From contig CM039004.1 in NCBI GenBank assembly GCA_017499595.2, positions 1,922,001-1,986,000 of the forward strand: a stretch of 64,000 bases of DNA. The letters run 5' to 3'. Of the stretch, positions 33,664 through 49,570 are shown in pieces; the stretch's first letter is position 1, and each line of letters opens with the position of its first letter. Position numbers and translations under genes: made by a program. Under the pieces are notes generated by a model. It searched no databases. It was not told the DNA's origin and was given only the letters and a program-made list of their open reading frames with translations. This DNA comes from Psilocybe cubensis. Taxonomy: Eukaryota.

Positions 33664-36132
33664 CTAGGCATTCTTCTTAACATGTGCATCCCAAGCCCCA
33701 GGCCCGAAGCCACGGTCTCTCCCCAAAGCTCTATCGACGACATCCATTATAGCGACAACTTTCTCTTCTTCCCATCTCTTTCCAACAATCTGTATATTGA
33801 CTGGCATCCCATGCGACGCTTCAGGATTGTATAGAGGATTCTTTCCCCTGTATATACCGCCTTCTAGGAATCGAGACCCTAATCCGGGACCAGTTGTCCA
33901 CTCTTCTGTCACCTTGTCTTTACTTGCATCGACCCGGGTGACCGGAAGGCACCCTACTGGCATATCTAATACGTTGTAAATGATCGTCGCTGCCGCTAAA
34001 AGTGAAAAGTTGTCGCATCCTCTGATGAGTGATAGCATTTGAGCGATCATCCCACTTGTTATACTGGATAACTCTTACCCATGCGGCAGTTGGGGCAATG
34101 CTTGCACAGGTGCAATTATGCTGTCGAAACCGTGAGCCTTCCATACCTGTGTAGTCAATGTTGTTCAGCAAACGTGCTCAGATACCATTATCTGCGGAAG
34201 GCTCACAGCTTCATAAAATTTCTTGACGCATTCATTTCTTTGGTGAATCAGCTTCCAATATTCAGCAACAGTCTTTGCCCTACTAGCTCTTATGGTTTCG
34301 GCGAAGATCTTGTCGCCCACGAACGTCTCCAGAATCCATGCGGCGAATGAGCGTACCAATGCTGGAAGATATGAATCAGGGTTGCGAACTTAGGAAAGGT
34401 TTTGACAATGTACATACAAGGAACTCTGGGTCCAAGAGTAGCCAGGAATAAAGAATTTTCCTAATGGTTTCTTGTCAGCGACGTGCTAAACCTTCAACAA
34501 CGCTTAGTACCTTTTCATCGGGTCCCAAATGACTGAGCATTGATTTGTAGCCATCCGCTGATGTGATTGCCGCGAACAGGTTGAACGCAACATGCGCTAC
34601 AGGGGTGGGATTACGTGTGAGATTGACTGAATCTGCTTTAGAACTGATTTAAATAGACAAGTACTGACCATCCGGCAATTCAAATTCTACACATTCGTGA
34701 CCTGCTGCTCGCAACGCCTCAACCGTTTCAAGAACAGCTCTTTTGCAAGCAGGGGACGCCTTGATGTAGTTGTCTATAGAGTTCAATTCAACTTATGTTT
34801 GAAAACCCCATTGAAACGAATCCATACCTGACGTATAGTATCCAAACTTGAGTTTAGGCGGTAATTCCACCGTTCGGAAAGGAACTGGAGGAATTGAATT
34901 GAAATCACTCTGTGCTCCAAATAGAACTTGCGATAAAAGCTTGATATCCGCGACCGATCTGCGAACAAACCGTTAAATGGGTAACACTTTCACGAGAAAG
35001 CTGCTAAATCCGCACCGTCCCATAGGCCCAGCAACAGTTATAATACCATCAAAACCAGGAATAGGCCCTAGAAAATTTTCGGATGCTCAGTATCCGGATT
35101 TTGCAGCCGGTCAGGCGAGGGGTCCACCTACCTTGGGCACCATGGTACGAAACCCTCCCACTTGCCGGTTTCAAGGAATATATGCCGCAGTAGGCGGCGG
35201 GAATGCGTACGCTGCCACCAATGTCTGTGCCAATTCCTGCTGCAGCTCCATCCATAGCCAACAAGGCCCCTTCGCCGCCTGAACTACCTCCGCATGTAAA
35301 GCGATCGTTATAGGGGTTGGTCGTCCGTCCCCACACTGGGTTGGAACATTCGAAGGCGAACATTGTTTGAGGGACGTTGGTCTTGACAAAGAGAACAGCG
35401 CCAGCATCTAGTAAAAACCGGACAATCTGTTGGTCTCCATCAGCATGGAGATTTCCAGGTACAGGTATAGTCCACAACGTACATCTGCGTTAGTTGTTGC
35501 TGGTTTGTTGGTCCATTGCGAGAAGCCAACAGAACTGTCAAAGCCAACAACGTCAACTAATAAGCGCGTCAGTTTAATTGGTCACTCTCTTCGTGGATAG
35601 AAATATGCACATTGGTCTTTAATGCTCATCTAGTGAAAGTAAGACATTTAACAATGCATATAGTCATAGAAAATTACGCCGTACAGGAACACCATGAAGG
35701 GGACCTCTTATTTGCTTGGTCTTCGCAAACTCGTTGTCGAGGTCTTCGGCGCGTTGCCTAGCAAGACCCAACATGACTGAAATATGACCTTTGAGTTATT
35801 TCACTATATGAAAGCATATTTCAGAGGTTACCTTCGGTCAAGCAGTTAGTCTTCGACTGTGCATAGGCGGCTCGAGTGATATATGCTTCGAGAACCTCCG
35901 TAGCAGTCCAATCTCCCTTCTGAATACGTGATACAATTTCTGACGCTATTGTTTACGATAGTGAATATAATCACACTTGTTGATTGTAACACTTGTATAA
36001 GGACAAACCTGAAGCCTTCAAGTACTCTGATTGAGCGGGCAGCGCATCCTGAGGTACGTCCGCGAGTGCTCGAGACCTCTGTTGCCTCTTTTCGTTTATG
36101 ACTGCAGTGTTGGATGCGGAAAAGGGCCACAT
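33664..36132 (-). CDS. Amidase signature family enzyme (acetamidase/FAAH-like), multi-exon
   Basis: GPLHGVP, KTNVPQTMFAFECSNPVWGRTTNP, GGSSGGEGALLA, GIGTDIGGSVRIPAAYCG and a C-terminal GMPVNIQIVGKRWEEE. Confidence 0.9.
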
Positions 36133-36222
36133 AATGGTTAGAAGAGAAGTTCAGGGGTACCACCCCGGCACGCTTAAAGTTATAATCAGATGCTGAGGAC
36201 ATCGTCGGTGCTTCTAGACCAT

Positions 36223-36253
36223 ATTGGGATACGGTTCATTGGGATACGGTTCA
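36223..36253. repeat. Perfect 15-bp tandem duplication (TTGGGATACGGTTCA x2) upstream of the amidase start
   Basis: Read directly at 36224-36238 and 36239-36253. Confidence 0.85.
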
Positions 36254-37405
36254 GCTCGTTGATTCAGCGCCACTGAAATGTAGATTTGATGCAGATGTCA
36301 CCTTGTACGAAGTTGCACTCTTGTCTGTAACCAGTTGTCTGGCTGCTTTGAATGCTGATTGGAGTTTCAGTTGACAATGTCAATTTGTATGCCCTATGTT
36401 TTTAATACTGCTTTTGTTTCTGCATTTAAGACAACTTTGTCCCCAGTATTTGATTTCTGGGATTTAATATCCTCTCCTTCCCCATGTTGGGTTTATGTTG
36501 ACTCCAAAAGTTTTCACTCACTTTGGCAATTTTGGGTCTGGTCCTTTTTTCCTTCTCTCCACAGGGTTTAACTCCATAGCTTTAGGAATTGTATGTTATG
36601 TCAATGACTGCAGAGTAACCAAAGGCCATCGGAAGCGAGTTTCCCATTCAGTGAGAATTATCAAAGAATTTCGTTCAATTACTCGTTTCATCGATTTCAT
36701 TCGCATGCCTCGTAGGACTGGGGGCGGGTGATTCAAGAGAGTTCCCTGTTCTCCCACGTGCAGCGCCGTTGTAGATATCGCATAAAACCACCAATCTATC
36801 ACCAGAGCATTTTGAAACCATTTCAGGACGCCTTTGTGCGTGAGACTCTTTAAAGTTGGAGATGTGCTCGCCCCGACGGATTTTGAGCTCTGGTGATCAA
36901 AGCCACTCTTAGGCACCGAGTGATCGCAGCTTGCACCCAAACAAGTTCTTGAGGGTGTTTATGGGACAAATGGTGATGGTAATGCGATGTTCCTTGAAGT
37001 AAGCAACAAGTACATGCATGGCAGTAGAAAGGCAAGAAAGAGAACGATGTGGTGAGAAAGAAATGGGGCACGCTTTGTATTTGTTCTCAAGCTTATATAG
37101 CCACGGCCCACGTTCCACTAGTAGAAGAAGAGTCAAGGCAAACATGTGGCAGATAGAGTGATCTGATGACCGGGAGTTTATGTATTCGCTGGCTTGTCCA
37201 TGACCAATACCCTTCAAGTTGCAGTCGATGAACAAGATGGGTATACGAAAGCAAAAGCAATAGAGACACTGTTGAAGACAAATCATTGGAGATTCAAGTA
37301 ACAGTTCCCACGCAATGTCAGTGGCATCTAATCTATTGCCTGTTATGTATAGGATCCGATTGAGATTCATTTTTTTCTAGCCGGTACCTTCCTCTCGACT
37401 TCACC

Positions 37406-39590
37406 ATGGCACAACCTATCGGTAGGCTTATCTGCACCTCGTGTTGTCTATTCTCTGACATCTTCCAGCACTTTTGTCTGTCTACGACAAGACCGATCTT
37501 TTGGATCTCGCACAGGGGCTTTTGGCAGCAGGTGTCCGTCTCTTGGGTTCGGGAGGTACTGCTAAGAAAATCAGAGACGCCGGAATCCCAATCGAGTGCG
37601 TAAACAGGCGTGGACGAGTTGTATATCTCAATGTATCTAATTAATACCTGCAGAGATGTTTCTGATATTACCAAGGCGCCAGAGATGCTGGGAGGTAGAG
37701 TCAAGACACTCCACCCAGCCGTCCATGGTGGTCAGTTCTTGTGTATGCGCTCCCAAGATTGACCTGAATATCCTTGTCATCGTTCAGGCATTCTTGCGCG
37801 TAATATCGAATCCGATGAGAAAGACCTCAAGGCTCAGGGAATTTCTCCTATTTCCATCGTCGTCTGCAATCTTTACCCCTTTACTGCTACCATCTCCAAA
37901 CCCAACTGCACCCTCGCAGATGCAGTCGAGGAGATTGATATCGGAGGTGTCACCCTTCTCCGTGCTGCAGCAAAAAACCACGCCCGAGTCTCCGTTCTCT
38001 CTGATCCAGCCGACTACAAGGAGTTTGTTGAAGCCTGGACCAAAGGCCAAGGAGATGTCGGACAGAATATGAGAAGCAAACTGGCCTTGAAAGCATTCGA
38101 AATGACTGCTGAATATGACAATGCTATTAGCGGCTATTTCAGAGAGCAATACGCCAGTGCTGAATTGTCCGCAGAGCAGTTGGCTGCCCCTGTTCAGAGA
38201 ATGGCTTTGAGGTATGGCGCCAACCCCCACCAAAAGCCCGCTCAAGCCTTCGTCACTGAAGGAAAGCTGCCTTTCAAAGGTAGGTCAGATTCCCTCGCGT
38301 CCATACTTTTCACTGACTTTGCATTCCCCAGCACTCTGCGGGTCACCGGGATATATCAATCTTTTGGATGCCCTTAACTCTTATGCCCTAGTGAAGGAGT
38401 TGCAGGAGGCATTGGGTCTCCCCGCTGCAGCATCTTTCAAGCATGTATCTCCCGCTGGTGCCGCTGTCGGTATTGAGCTTGATGAAACCGAAAAAAAAGT
38501 TTATGGTGTCGACGATCTGAAAGAGCCTTTGACCCCCCTCGCATCCGCGTACGCTCGTGCCCGCGGTTCGTTTGCATTTCTCTGCCTGCGGAATATTGAT
38601 CTTAAATTTTATTAAATTTAGGTGCTGATCGTATGTCTTCGTTCGGTGATTTTGTCGCGCTCTCTGCGCCTTGCGATCTTGCTACTGCGAAGATTATCTC
38701 CCGCGAGGTTTCCGATGGAATCATCGCACCGGGATATAGCCCCGAGGCTTTGGACGTTCTTTCAAAGAAGAAGGGAGGAAAGTACTGTGTCCTCGAGGTA
38801 TTTTTTTTCGTCATGATTTCATTTCGACATTTTGAAGAATTCAATTGCGTAGATCGACCCCACATATGTTCCTTCTGAGATCGAGACCAAACAGGTCTTT
38901 GGAGTTCACCTCCAACAAAAGAGGAATGACAGCAAGATCGACAGTAAATTGTTCGAGAATATCGTCACTCAGAACAAGGAGGTCGGAGTGATTTATCGAG
39001 CAAAAAAACTCTTTTTTTGTGCTGATCCTTTCACGTAGGTTCCTTCAGGGGCTATCACAGACTTAATTGTCGCCACCCTTGCCCTCAAGTACACCCAATC
39101 CAACAGCGTCGCATACGCTTACCATGGCTCCATCATCGGAATTGGCGCAGGCCAACAATCGCGCATTCACTGCACGCGTCTGGCGGGCGGCAAAGCCGAC
39201 CTCTGGTGGCTCCGCCACCATCCTCGCGTCCTTGCGTTGCCCTTCAAGAAGGGTGTCAAGCGCGCTGAGAAGGCCAACGCCATCGACCTCTACGTCTCCG
39301 GTGAAGAGCTCGAGGGTGGTGAGAAGGAGCACTGGGAGAGTCTGTTCGAGGGCGCCGTGGAACCGCTGTCAGCCGCGGAGAAGAAGGAGTGGGCGGCCAA
39401 GCTCGATGGAGTATCATGCTCCAGCGATGCGTTCTTCCCCTTCCCTGATAATGTGCACCGTGCAAGGAAGAGCGGTGTCAAGTACCTTGCTGCGCCCAGC
39501 GGCAGTGTTATGGATGCGGAGTGCATCAAGGCTGCGGATGAACATGGCATGGCGTTCGCACACACCACCCTTAGGTTATTCCACCACTAA
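37406..39590 (+). CDS. ADE17: Bifunctional AICAR transformylase / IMP cyclohydrolase (ATIC/PurH)
   Basis: [75 protein letters not shown] and [12 protein letters not shown], ending RLFHH*. Confidence 0.95.
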
Positions 39591-39892
39591 AAAGAAATGG
39601 ATTCATAAACGATCCAATATATCCCGAAAACTCGGGGTTGTATGTAAGTTGTAGATTGCGTCGTAGATTTCAACATATCTATCACATTAAATAAAAGAAT
39701 GTATCTCAGTTGCTCAGCACAAGAAGTGTTTTTGACGCGATGATATTCAGCAAGTAATCGATTTCGCTCACCAAGTTAAATACATCAATCACAACCCAAC
39801 GAAAGCGATAAGTAAAGGGCCGTTACAAATCAGACAAGCCCTGCTATATCCTACATACGCAAAATATTTAGACCAGTGAAAAATCCATCCAT

Positions 39893-42136
<2,244 letters not shown>

Positions 42137-42270
42137 TTTTTTGGGAATGCGTTTAGAGGGACGTGTGAGGTGTCCGAGAGTAACAAGCGTTTCAAACTCC
42201 GACTGGCTTGCAGTCCCGCCCAAGTACGCTTCCGCTGCACCAAGTCCTTGAGCTTCAACATATCCCAGCC

Positions 42271-42972
42271 ATGCCCACAGAACTCCCATATGCCGCAGAT
42301 GCAGAGATGTCGCTCACATACGATGAGCTAGAGGTCAACCGATTGCTTGTATTCCTTGAATGCGTCTGTGCTCACCACTCGCTGCCTCCAGGTCCTCCGA
42401 CTGCAATACCAGAAGGAGCTTGCCCAAGACCACGTTACGACGCAGACAAAGTTCAATCTCTGCTGGGGCCTCGTGAAGAGTCCTATACGCGAACACCAGG
42501 TCGAGGGCGTCAAACTGCTGCAAGGTGTGCATCCATTCACCTTCCTATGATTAGATCACGCCAAGGTGACCTCATACATACCTGCTTCGCAGAGATCTAC
42601 CGCGCAGAACCGACCAGGCGACGCGAGTGTCTGTATTACCTAGCCCTGGGACACTTCAAGATGGGCAACTTTGAGGAGGCGAGGAGGTTCAACGGTGCGA
42701 TCCCAGTTAACACTTCCATTCCGTGGCTTGTGGCTTAGGTGTAAGCACAGGTCTTCTCCTGGAGAAGGAGCCTACGAATCTGCAGGCACAGTCACTAGCC
42801 CAGCTCATAAGTAAAGGAGCTGCACGAGGTACGCTCCTAAATTTATTAAAACCACAAGAGTACTCATGGGAAATGCACCACAGATGGGTACATTGGCATG
42901 GCCATCGTCGGCGGGGTAGCTGCGGTCGGAACCATCCTTCTTGCAGGCCTAATACGGCGAGCCCGCAAATAA
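42271..42972 (+). CDS. FIS1: Mitochondrial fission protein Fis1
   Basis: [58 protein letters not shown], then a tail anchor [28 protein letters not shown]. Confidence 0.93.
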
Positions 42973-43630
42973 AATCTCCGTGTACCAAAAATTCTGACCT
43001 GCAGCCTCCCGGGTTCCCGCATCCTCATGCATCCTCAAACACGCATATTCCATCACGAATTACGCCCCCGCTCCACGACTGCTCTACCATGGACCAACAA
43101 ACAACAAATCGAAACCGCACATGGACCAAATTTCTTCGCGCTTACCTATAATTATGAATATACAGTCAATAGCTAGTCAGTTTCAACTACACGAAGAGGA
43201 GAATTCGTGACTCGTCCGTCTCGCTGTCTACTTCTCCATGTTATCTATGCACTTCCATATCCTAAATCTGTTCTTTTCATTTCACACCATCGGGCCCGAA
43301 CTCCGCTTCCACATCACTAAAACTACATTGGCATGCTCAATATTAATAGGAAATAGTTACAGGCGATGGAGTGATAAAGCTTAAGTTAAAGCAAGGGAGG
43401 GTCCTTGCTGCGGTATGTGATGAAGTCGTGGTACATGTGAGCGTGACTTGCGTGGAGGAGTGAGTGAGAGGGTAAGTAGTCGTGGTGTAGAATACCGTGT
43501 GCCCGAGGGACATCTCCAATGGGTTCCTTCTCTAGAAGGTATCTACGTGCGGTCATATGCTGTAGTAGTGTTACAAAATGCGTAAAATCGTCAAGTTCAG
43601 TCATAACGGAAATGAAGCAAAGCATCTTTT

Positions 43631-45057
43631 TCATGTGGGAAGGAATGAAGCTAATTGCGACATGAGATGGTGCGCAGGACAAACAACGAAGAGAGCCCTT
43701 ACCAGCCTGTGCGTCCATTTCTTCTGCGGAAATCTACTCAAGTTCCTCAACACCAACAATAGACTGAATCAATAAAGAAGCTATCTCACTTTGAAAGCGA
43801 AGATCCCCAAAATTGCGAATCCAGCCAAGAAACCTAACTGGAAGATTATCCAAAAGGTTGCCCAAACTGCCATGGCGAGATAATGTGCTATTAACAATCT
43901 GAGAAAGCTGAATGAACTCGGTCCGAAACTCACTATGAGCGCCTATCCTTGGATAAAGAAGAGAGAACTGGGTAGCATCCGAGTCGTTGGATTTGTGAAA
44001 GAATCGATCATCTGCAACGTCCCCTATTCGAAGCGTTGGTCTGGGAAGAAGAAGTAGGATGTATAAATAAGACTTACAGACGACGAATAGGATGCTGAGT
44101 TCGACTTTGTAAGCATGGGATTGTCACATAATGGTTCAAAGAATTGAAGGTGCGCACTTCATGACCCCAATGAATAGGCAGTACCACCGGAGAGCCTGGC
44201 TAAGTTGGATGTAGTGATCAGTGAGTGATGTTGAACAACACATGAATGAGATAGTTACGCATGATCGACAAACCAAAAGCCAATGAGCAGGCCTTCGTAG
44301 CAGAGCGTCAAGAGGATCGTCCTTGAGCAAACAACAAAGCATGTATATCAGAAAATCAGTGCAGATGAGATGATGGCGATGGACGCACAATTTATCCCGG
44401 ACAAGGACTAACGGGAGAACGAGCCCAACACCAAGGACAAAGCTCATGACTTTTGCGACCAAGGTATCCCAACCAGCTAATACAAACACTCCGCCGAGCA
44501 GTGTAGACCCGATGTACCCTGAGGAAAGCACAAACCCGGGACTGCCTCCCTCCACTATTGTTGCACCACCGACATGCGGGTCTATCGTGATCTTGAGTAT
44601 TCGACCACCGGACATGATGGCCTGGGTAAAAACAGCACGGAATAGGTCAGGCGATGCGGAATGGACACGACGAAAACACGCGGCGTACGCACTGCGGATA
44701 TGTGACAGAGCTCATGCCAGCCAATGGTGAAAAGCTTGAGGGGGTTGATGAGGTTGCGGACGACGGGCACGTTCCAGAAGCCAAAGATAACCACTGCCAT
44801 TGCGACTATCTGGAAACGGAGCCACAAAGCGGTGAGAAAGCATTAGAGCCCATGCCACTTGGACAGCAGGTGTGTGCGTACAACATATAGAACAACGATC
44901 TATGCAAAGAAATTGTTCAGCTGAGTCGGTGAGTGGTGCAGATAATGCTTGCGATGCACACCTGATCGCTGGACGGTGTGAGAGGGCCTGAGCCCCCAGA
45001 TGGTAGAGACGAGGAGAGGGGCGGAGCGACTGGTGGCCGCGAGGGGAGAACGGACAT
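43631..45057 (-). CDS. Peptidase M50B-like membrane metalloprotease, multi-exon
   Basis: LINPLKLFTIGWHELCH (HExxH), ITIDPHVGGATIVEGG, LSSGYIGSTLLGG and multiple transmembrane segments. Inferred end ASFLPT*. Confidence 0.8.
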
Positions 45058-45373
45058 TTGTGCGGGGGATAGATAGATTGTCGTAGGAGGAGGAACAAAG
45101 CAGCGAGCAGCAGCCGCTTTTGAATGAACGAACTGGGCGGCCTCGTTTCTCCGGCGAGCTGAGCGGAACCAAATTCTGTCGTCACGTGCACAAGACGCGT
45201 CTCAATCAGTCACGGGGCCGAGAACTTTTCAATTTTATAGCAACATAATCCTAAGTAGTATATAGTCCATAGATCACAAGTAGTCAGAGTCCCTGTACTG
45301 TACCACAACATGGATATCAATAATCATGAGCAAGAAAAGGCATAAAACACATTCGTCCTCCCAGAGGTCGACT

Positions 45374-48300
45374 TTATTTTTTATCCACAACATCGTCCTC
45401 CGCATCGCTCGCCATTGTTCTTCTCGAGAACGACGCTGCAGAGCGTCCAACAACACTCGATGGTCTCCTCACGGGGCTCCCTGACAGTCTGTTCACCTTT
45501 GTATTAGCTGCTCCCCCAGCAGGCGCACCGCTCGTGCTGTTGCGGTTATTCAGATTCTGCACAAGATTCTGCACACTGCCTACGCTCCCCGTGCCCGGTG
45601 CAGCGCGAGGGCCTCGCGCAAGCCGTGGGCCGCGCATCACACCGCCTGCTTGGGCAGAACTTGTCCGCGAGATCGATGTTTTGCCTGAGCCAAGTACGAT
45701 GTCGTCGCCCGTAGCGGTGGCGGAAGTGGCTGAGCCGGGCGTCACAGGAGGCGAAGGGCTCCGCGAAGCGATCTTGCTGGGCGAAGACGCACCTGATCCC
45801 GACACGCTCCCCTGCTTGCCGCGTGGAGTAGGTGGGATCACCTTGGCCGTAGGCACTTTCGGCGTTGGTGCAACTGGAGTGACGCTCGACACCGTGGTCG
45901 CTGGTGTCGACATATCAGAATCTTCCGGTGGTGGGTCAGCGAATGTCGGTCGGGGAGGAACGTCATCGAGTTCTGGTGGCGGTTCTTTGAATGATGGCAT
46001 GGGAACATCGTCGAATTCAGGTGGAGGTTCTTTAAAGTTCGGCCGAGGTGGGTCGCTGGTCTTTGGTGCACTCAGAACTGGAGGTGGCGGTGGTGGTGCC
46101 ACAATCGGGGCAGGTGGAGGAGAAGGTGTCTTGGGTTTCTCCAAAGCTGGAGGTGGGGGAGGAGGAACAATGGGAGGTGGTGGCGGTGGCGTCCTAGTCT
46201 TTTCCAGAACCGGTGGTGGAGGCGGCGGCGTCAAAACACTCTTTTCCGCCTCTGTCACCTTTGCAGTCAGCGACGGGGGAGGGGGTAGCGATGGCAACTC
46301 GGGCGACTTGTGAGCCAGGGACGGGTTTTGCGCGAGTTGTTGGGCCGCGAGAAGCTGTTGTGCGTCTGCACCAATCTGCATTGAGATCCTGCTCCTGCTC
46401 AAACGCATGTCAATCGGCGCGGTGCGTTTGCGAATGGGCACTTTGCGCTCGGATTCACGTTTTTTGCGTGCAATGGTGGGTGGAAGGAGCGCGTCGTAGT
46501 TCTTGAGCAGGTCAAGGAAAAGTACTATGGTGTGATCAATATATTGAAAAGAACATTAGAATGAATGACATACATGTTGGGTGACGATCTTGGATTGAGA
46601 GTTCGGTTTCCACTTTAGGTCTAAGAACAGCTGGAGGAAAAACATTAGCAATGGAAAGAAAGTATCAACAACCAAGTACTCACATCGTCCAATCGAAAGA
46701 GCGAGTTTCGTGAAGTATATTTCATCTGCTTCTTCCACTTTCGTCGTCTCAACCAAACTGCGTCGTTCATCAGTACCAATTCTTGTACAAAAGGAAGAAG
46801 AATATATCTCACTTTCTAAGATGCTTCACAATCGCATCGAGCACATACAAGTGAACCCTCGGCAGTCTCAGTAGGGCCGTACTAACAACTTGAAGATGTT
46901 GTTCACCCTCACCCTCGCCCTCCTTCGGCGCCGCCGACCCAACGGTGGGATATAACCTCCTAAAGTCCTCCCAGCCCTCATACAGCGCAAGTGGCGGATC
47001 GAGCTCGAGCACCCACAGCTTCACACAGCTTGCAATCACCGGGGCATCAAACTTGGCCAAGAACTCAGCGGAGAAAGGCTGCGTGGGTGGAACTGCATTC
47101 AGGCTCTCGCGCAGCTGGTGCACGGCTGGCAGGGGTACCTCGTAGATCCACGCCTTGCGCTTCTCGATGTCGCTTGGTACGCGGGTGTATGCCGTGTCGA
47201 GCGCCGCGAGTAGCGCGCTAAGCACAGGTGGGATAATATCCTTCTTTTCGGGGGAGTCGGCGCCTTGGGTGAGCGCATACCACCCGCCTTCCGCCCATTT
47301 GCGGAGGTCAATCCCGAATACGACGTCGGATTCATCGTGTGCGACGGACTCGTAGATTTGGGGGGAAGGACGGAAGGGCCCGGTGCGGTAACGTTCGATG
47401 AGCGCGGTGAGGTCGGACTCGGGCTGGTAGGACGCGATGAGTGTCGCAGAGCGCTCGATAGAAGGTTCGAGGGACTTGGGCAAATTCGCAAGCGTGCCCT
47501 GGTATTGAAGGAGTACTTTTGGAAACGTTAATGATATTATTAGATACACGATAGAAAGAGAAGATGCGCACCAGTTTTGACTGCCCGCAGCCGTTCTGTT
47601 TCCCATCTCTGTAGCACCTTGAGCGTCTCTTCGATGCGTTCTTCGAGAGCAAGCCGGTGCCTGTCCAGCCGACGCACGCCAATGCGGTAAGCTTTGTCCG
47701 CTTCGTCGGCCTCGTGGCGAGCGCGGATGTATGGTGGCTCCTTGTCGCCGTTGATGCCGTTCGTGTTGAGCGCCTTATTCACGAGGCTAACAAAAGAGGT
47801 ACCAGTCTTCTTGAAGAGAGTGTCAGCCTGTGCTTTGGCCATAGTTGATTGCTCTGGGTTCTGATGGCCCAGTTCGAATGCCTAGAATATAAGTTGTAGC
47901 ATAACCATCTTAAAGAATTTTTGTGAAGCTCACCTTCGGTCTGAATTGGTAGAATGCATCGTCAGAGTCTTCGAATTGGTTTCCTAATTCGCCGAGGCGA
48001 CGCAACAACCCCTCGCGCTCCGTCAGCTCCTTTGCCATTTCCTCTGCCCTATCGAGACTACCCCCGAGCGCGGTCACGTTTTGCTGCAACCATACAGTGA
48101 ATTCTTCACCGGTAAACGCGTCTTGGTATTCGCCAAGGAGAGGGAAGCGGACAGGACGCAGACGGAGCTCGGCAGCGGCGCGGGTGAGTAGCTGTGAGAT
48201 AGCAATGGGAGGCAGAGAGATCCCAGCAACGACTATCGGCTGCGGGATGTAAGGCATGGGTGAGCTGGGAAGCAGTTCTTCCTTTGGTGGAGGCATAGGA

Positions 48301-49356
48301 GACATTGGGGGTGGAGAGACGAGTTCTTCTGGCTCTTCGGTCAAAATAGCACGTCCTTTGCCCTTGTCGACCTTGGGGAGCTGTTTCTCGCTCTCAGATG
48401 AGGGGGAAGAGGAGGCCGAAGCGTTGGGGTCTTCGGTGGAGGTGGCCTGGGCAAGGACATCTGCGCTGCGTTTCTGGATCTCCTTTAGACGCTGGGCGAT
48501 GCGCTCCGAGACACTTGCGGTACGCTGGGGTGCTGTGCGGTGACCACCGTCTGCGGGGCGGATACGTGGGGAACTGGTGTATTTGTCGGTTGGTCCGCCG
48601 CTGTTTGGGGCGAACTTGGCACTGGACAGGGGATCAGAAGCAAACTTGGATGAAGAGCAGCAACACGTACTCGTCTTCAGCCTCGTCCGCACGGCGGACT
48701 TTGGCTAGATACTGGTTCTTTAGTTTAGCTACGTCTGCTTGGGCCAGCTCGTAGGAGCGCAGCCAGTTGTCGATGACAGTAGCCTTGTTCTGACGTAGAC
48801 GCTCCTGTGTGATAGATTAAGATTAATTGAGTTTGGGATTAAAGTGGCGTACCTTGTATCCCTGTGCCCACTCGTCAAAGGGGTCTGCGACAAGGGTGGA
48901 GAGTTCTTTTGCCATAGAGAGGTGGGCCTGCCCTTGTGCGGCGGATTCTGCCTGGAGACCGCGGAAGGCCATGAGGAGTGTAGCGCCATCGTCGGCGCTG
49001 AACCCTGTGCCTGAATTTCGATTAGTTGGAGAAGGGAATTATGGGACAGTGCCGACCTTGTTTGCCGGTGTGAGATGGATTTCTGAGGCTGTTGGCGATG
49101 CTGTTCTCAGCAGCAGCTCTAGCCTGTGTGGAGGGTTGGACTTTGTGGAAAGAAACGAGATGGGAAGACATACCCTGACAAACGCGATGATTTCGTCGTT
49201 CTCTGCGACACCCTGGAGCAGTACAATGAGATGGGTAACGGAGCGAGAAAGCAGACGCACCTGTTCGAGCTTTGCAAAGAGAACCTCGAGACCGCGCCTG
49301 TAGTCCTGGGACCAAAAGGAATTTGTGAAGGAGAGGGGGAGGGAGAGGACGGCCAT
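45374..49356 (-). CDS. F-BAR + DEP + RhoGAP-like protein (Rgd2/Rga8-like) with Pro-rich tail
   Basis: SFTNSFWSQDYRRGLEVLFAKLEQG (FCH/F-BAR start), DEP-like segment LGEYQDAFTGEEFTVWL, GAP-like segment VIASCVKLWVLELDPPL, and a poly-Pro C-terminus. Confidence 0.82.
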
Positions 49357-49570
49357 GGTGGATGAGTGAGGTCAAGTCAAGGAGGCCGCAAGCCAAAGGG
49401 GAGACGGAGAGTCTGAGCACGTGCGCGCACCAGTCACTCTTTATTTGGCCTATTTTCTTTTCATTTTCAGCGCCATCCAGCACGACGCCCAGCAGCTCGT
49501 CCTCGTCGCCCACGTTCCCGAGCCCTCTAAAATTTGGACGCCCAGCCTCTCTCTGCCAGGCTCCAGCCCA

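Noticed and set aside
45534-46313. 259-aa Gly-rich plus-strand ORF
   Set aside because: Antisense shadow of the Pro-rich RhoGAP exon.
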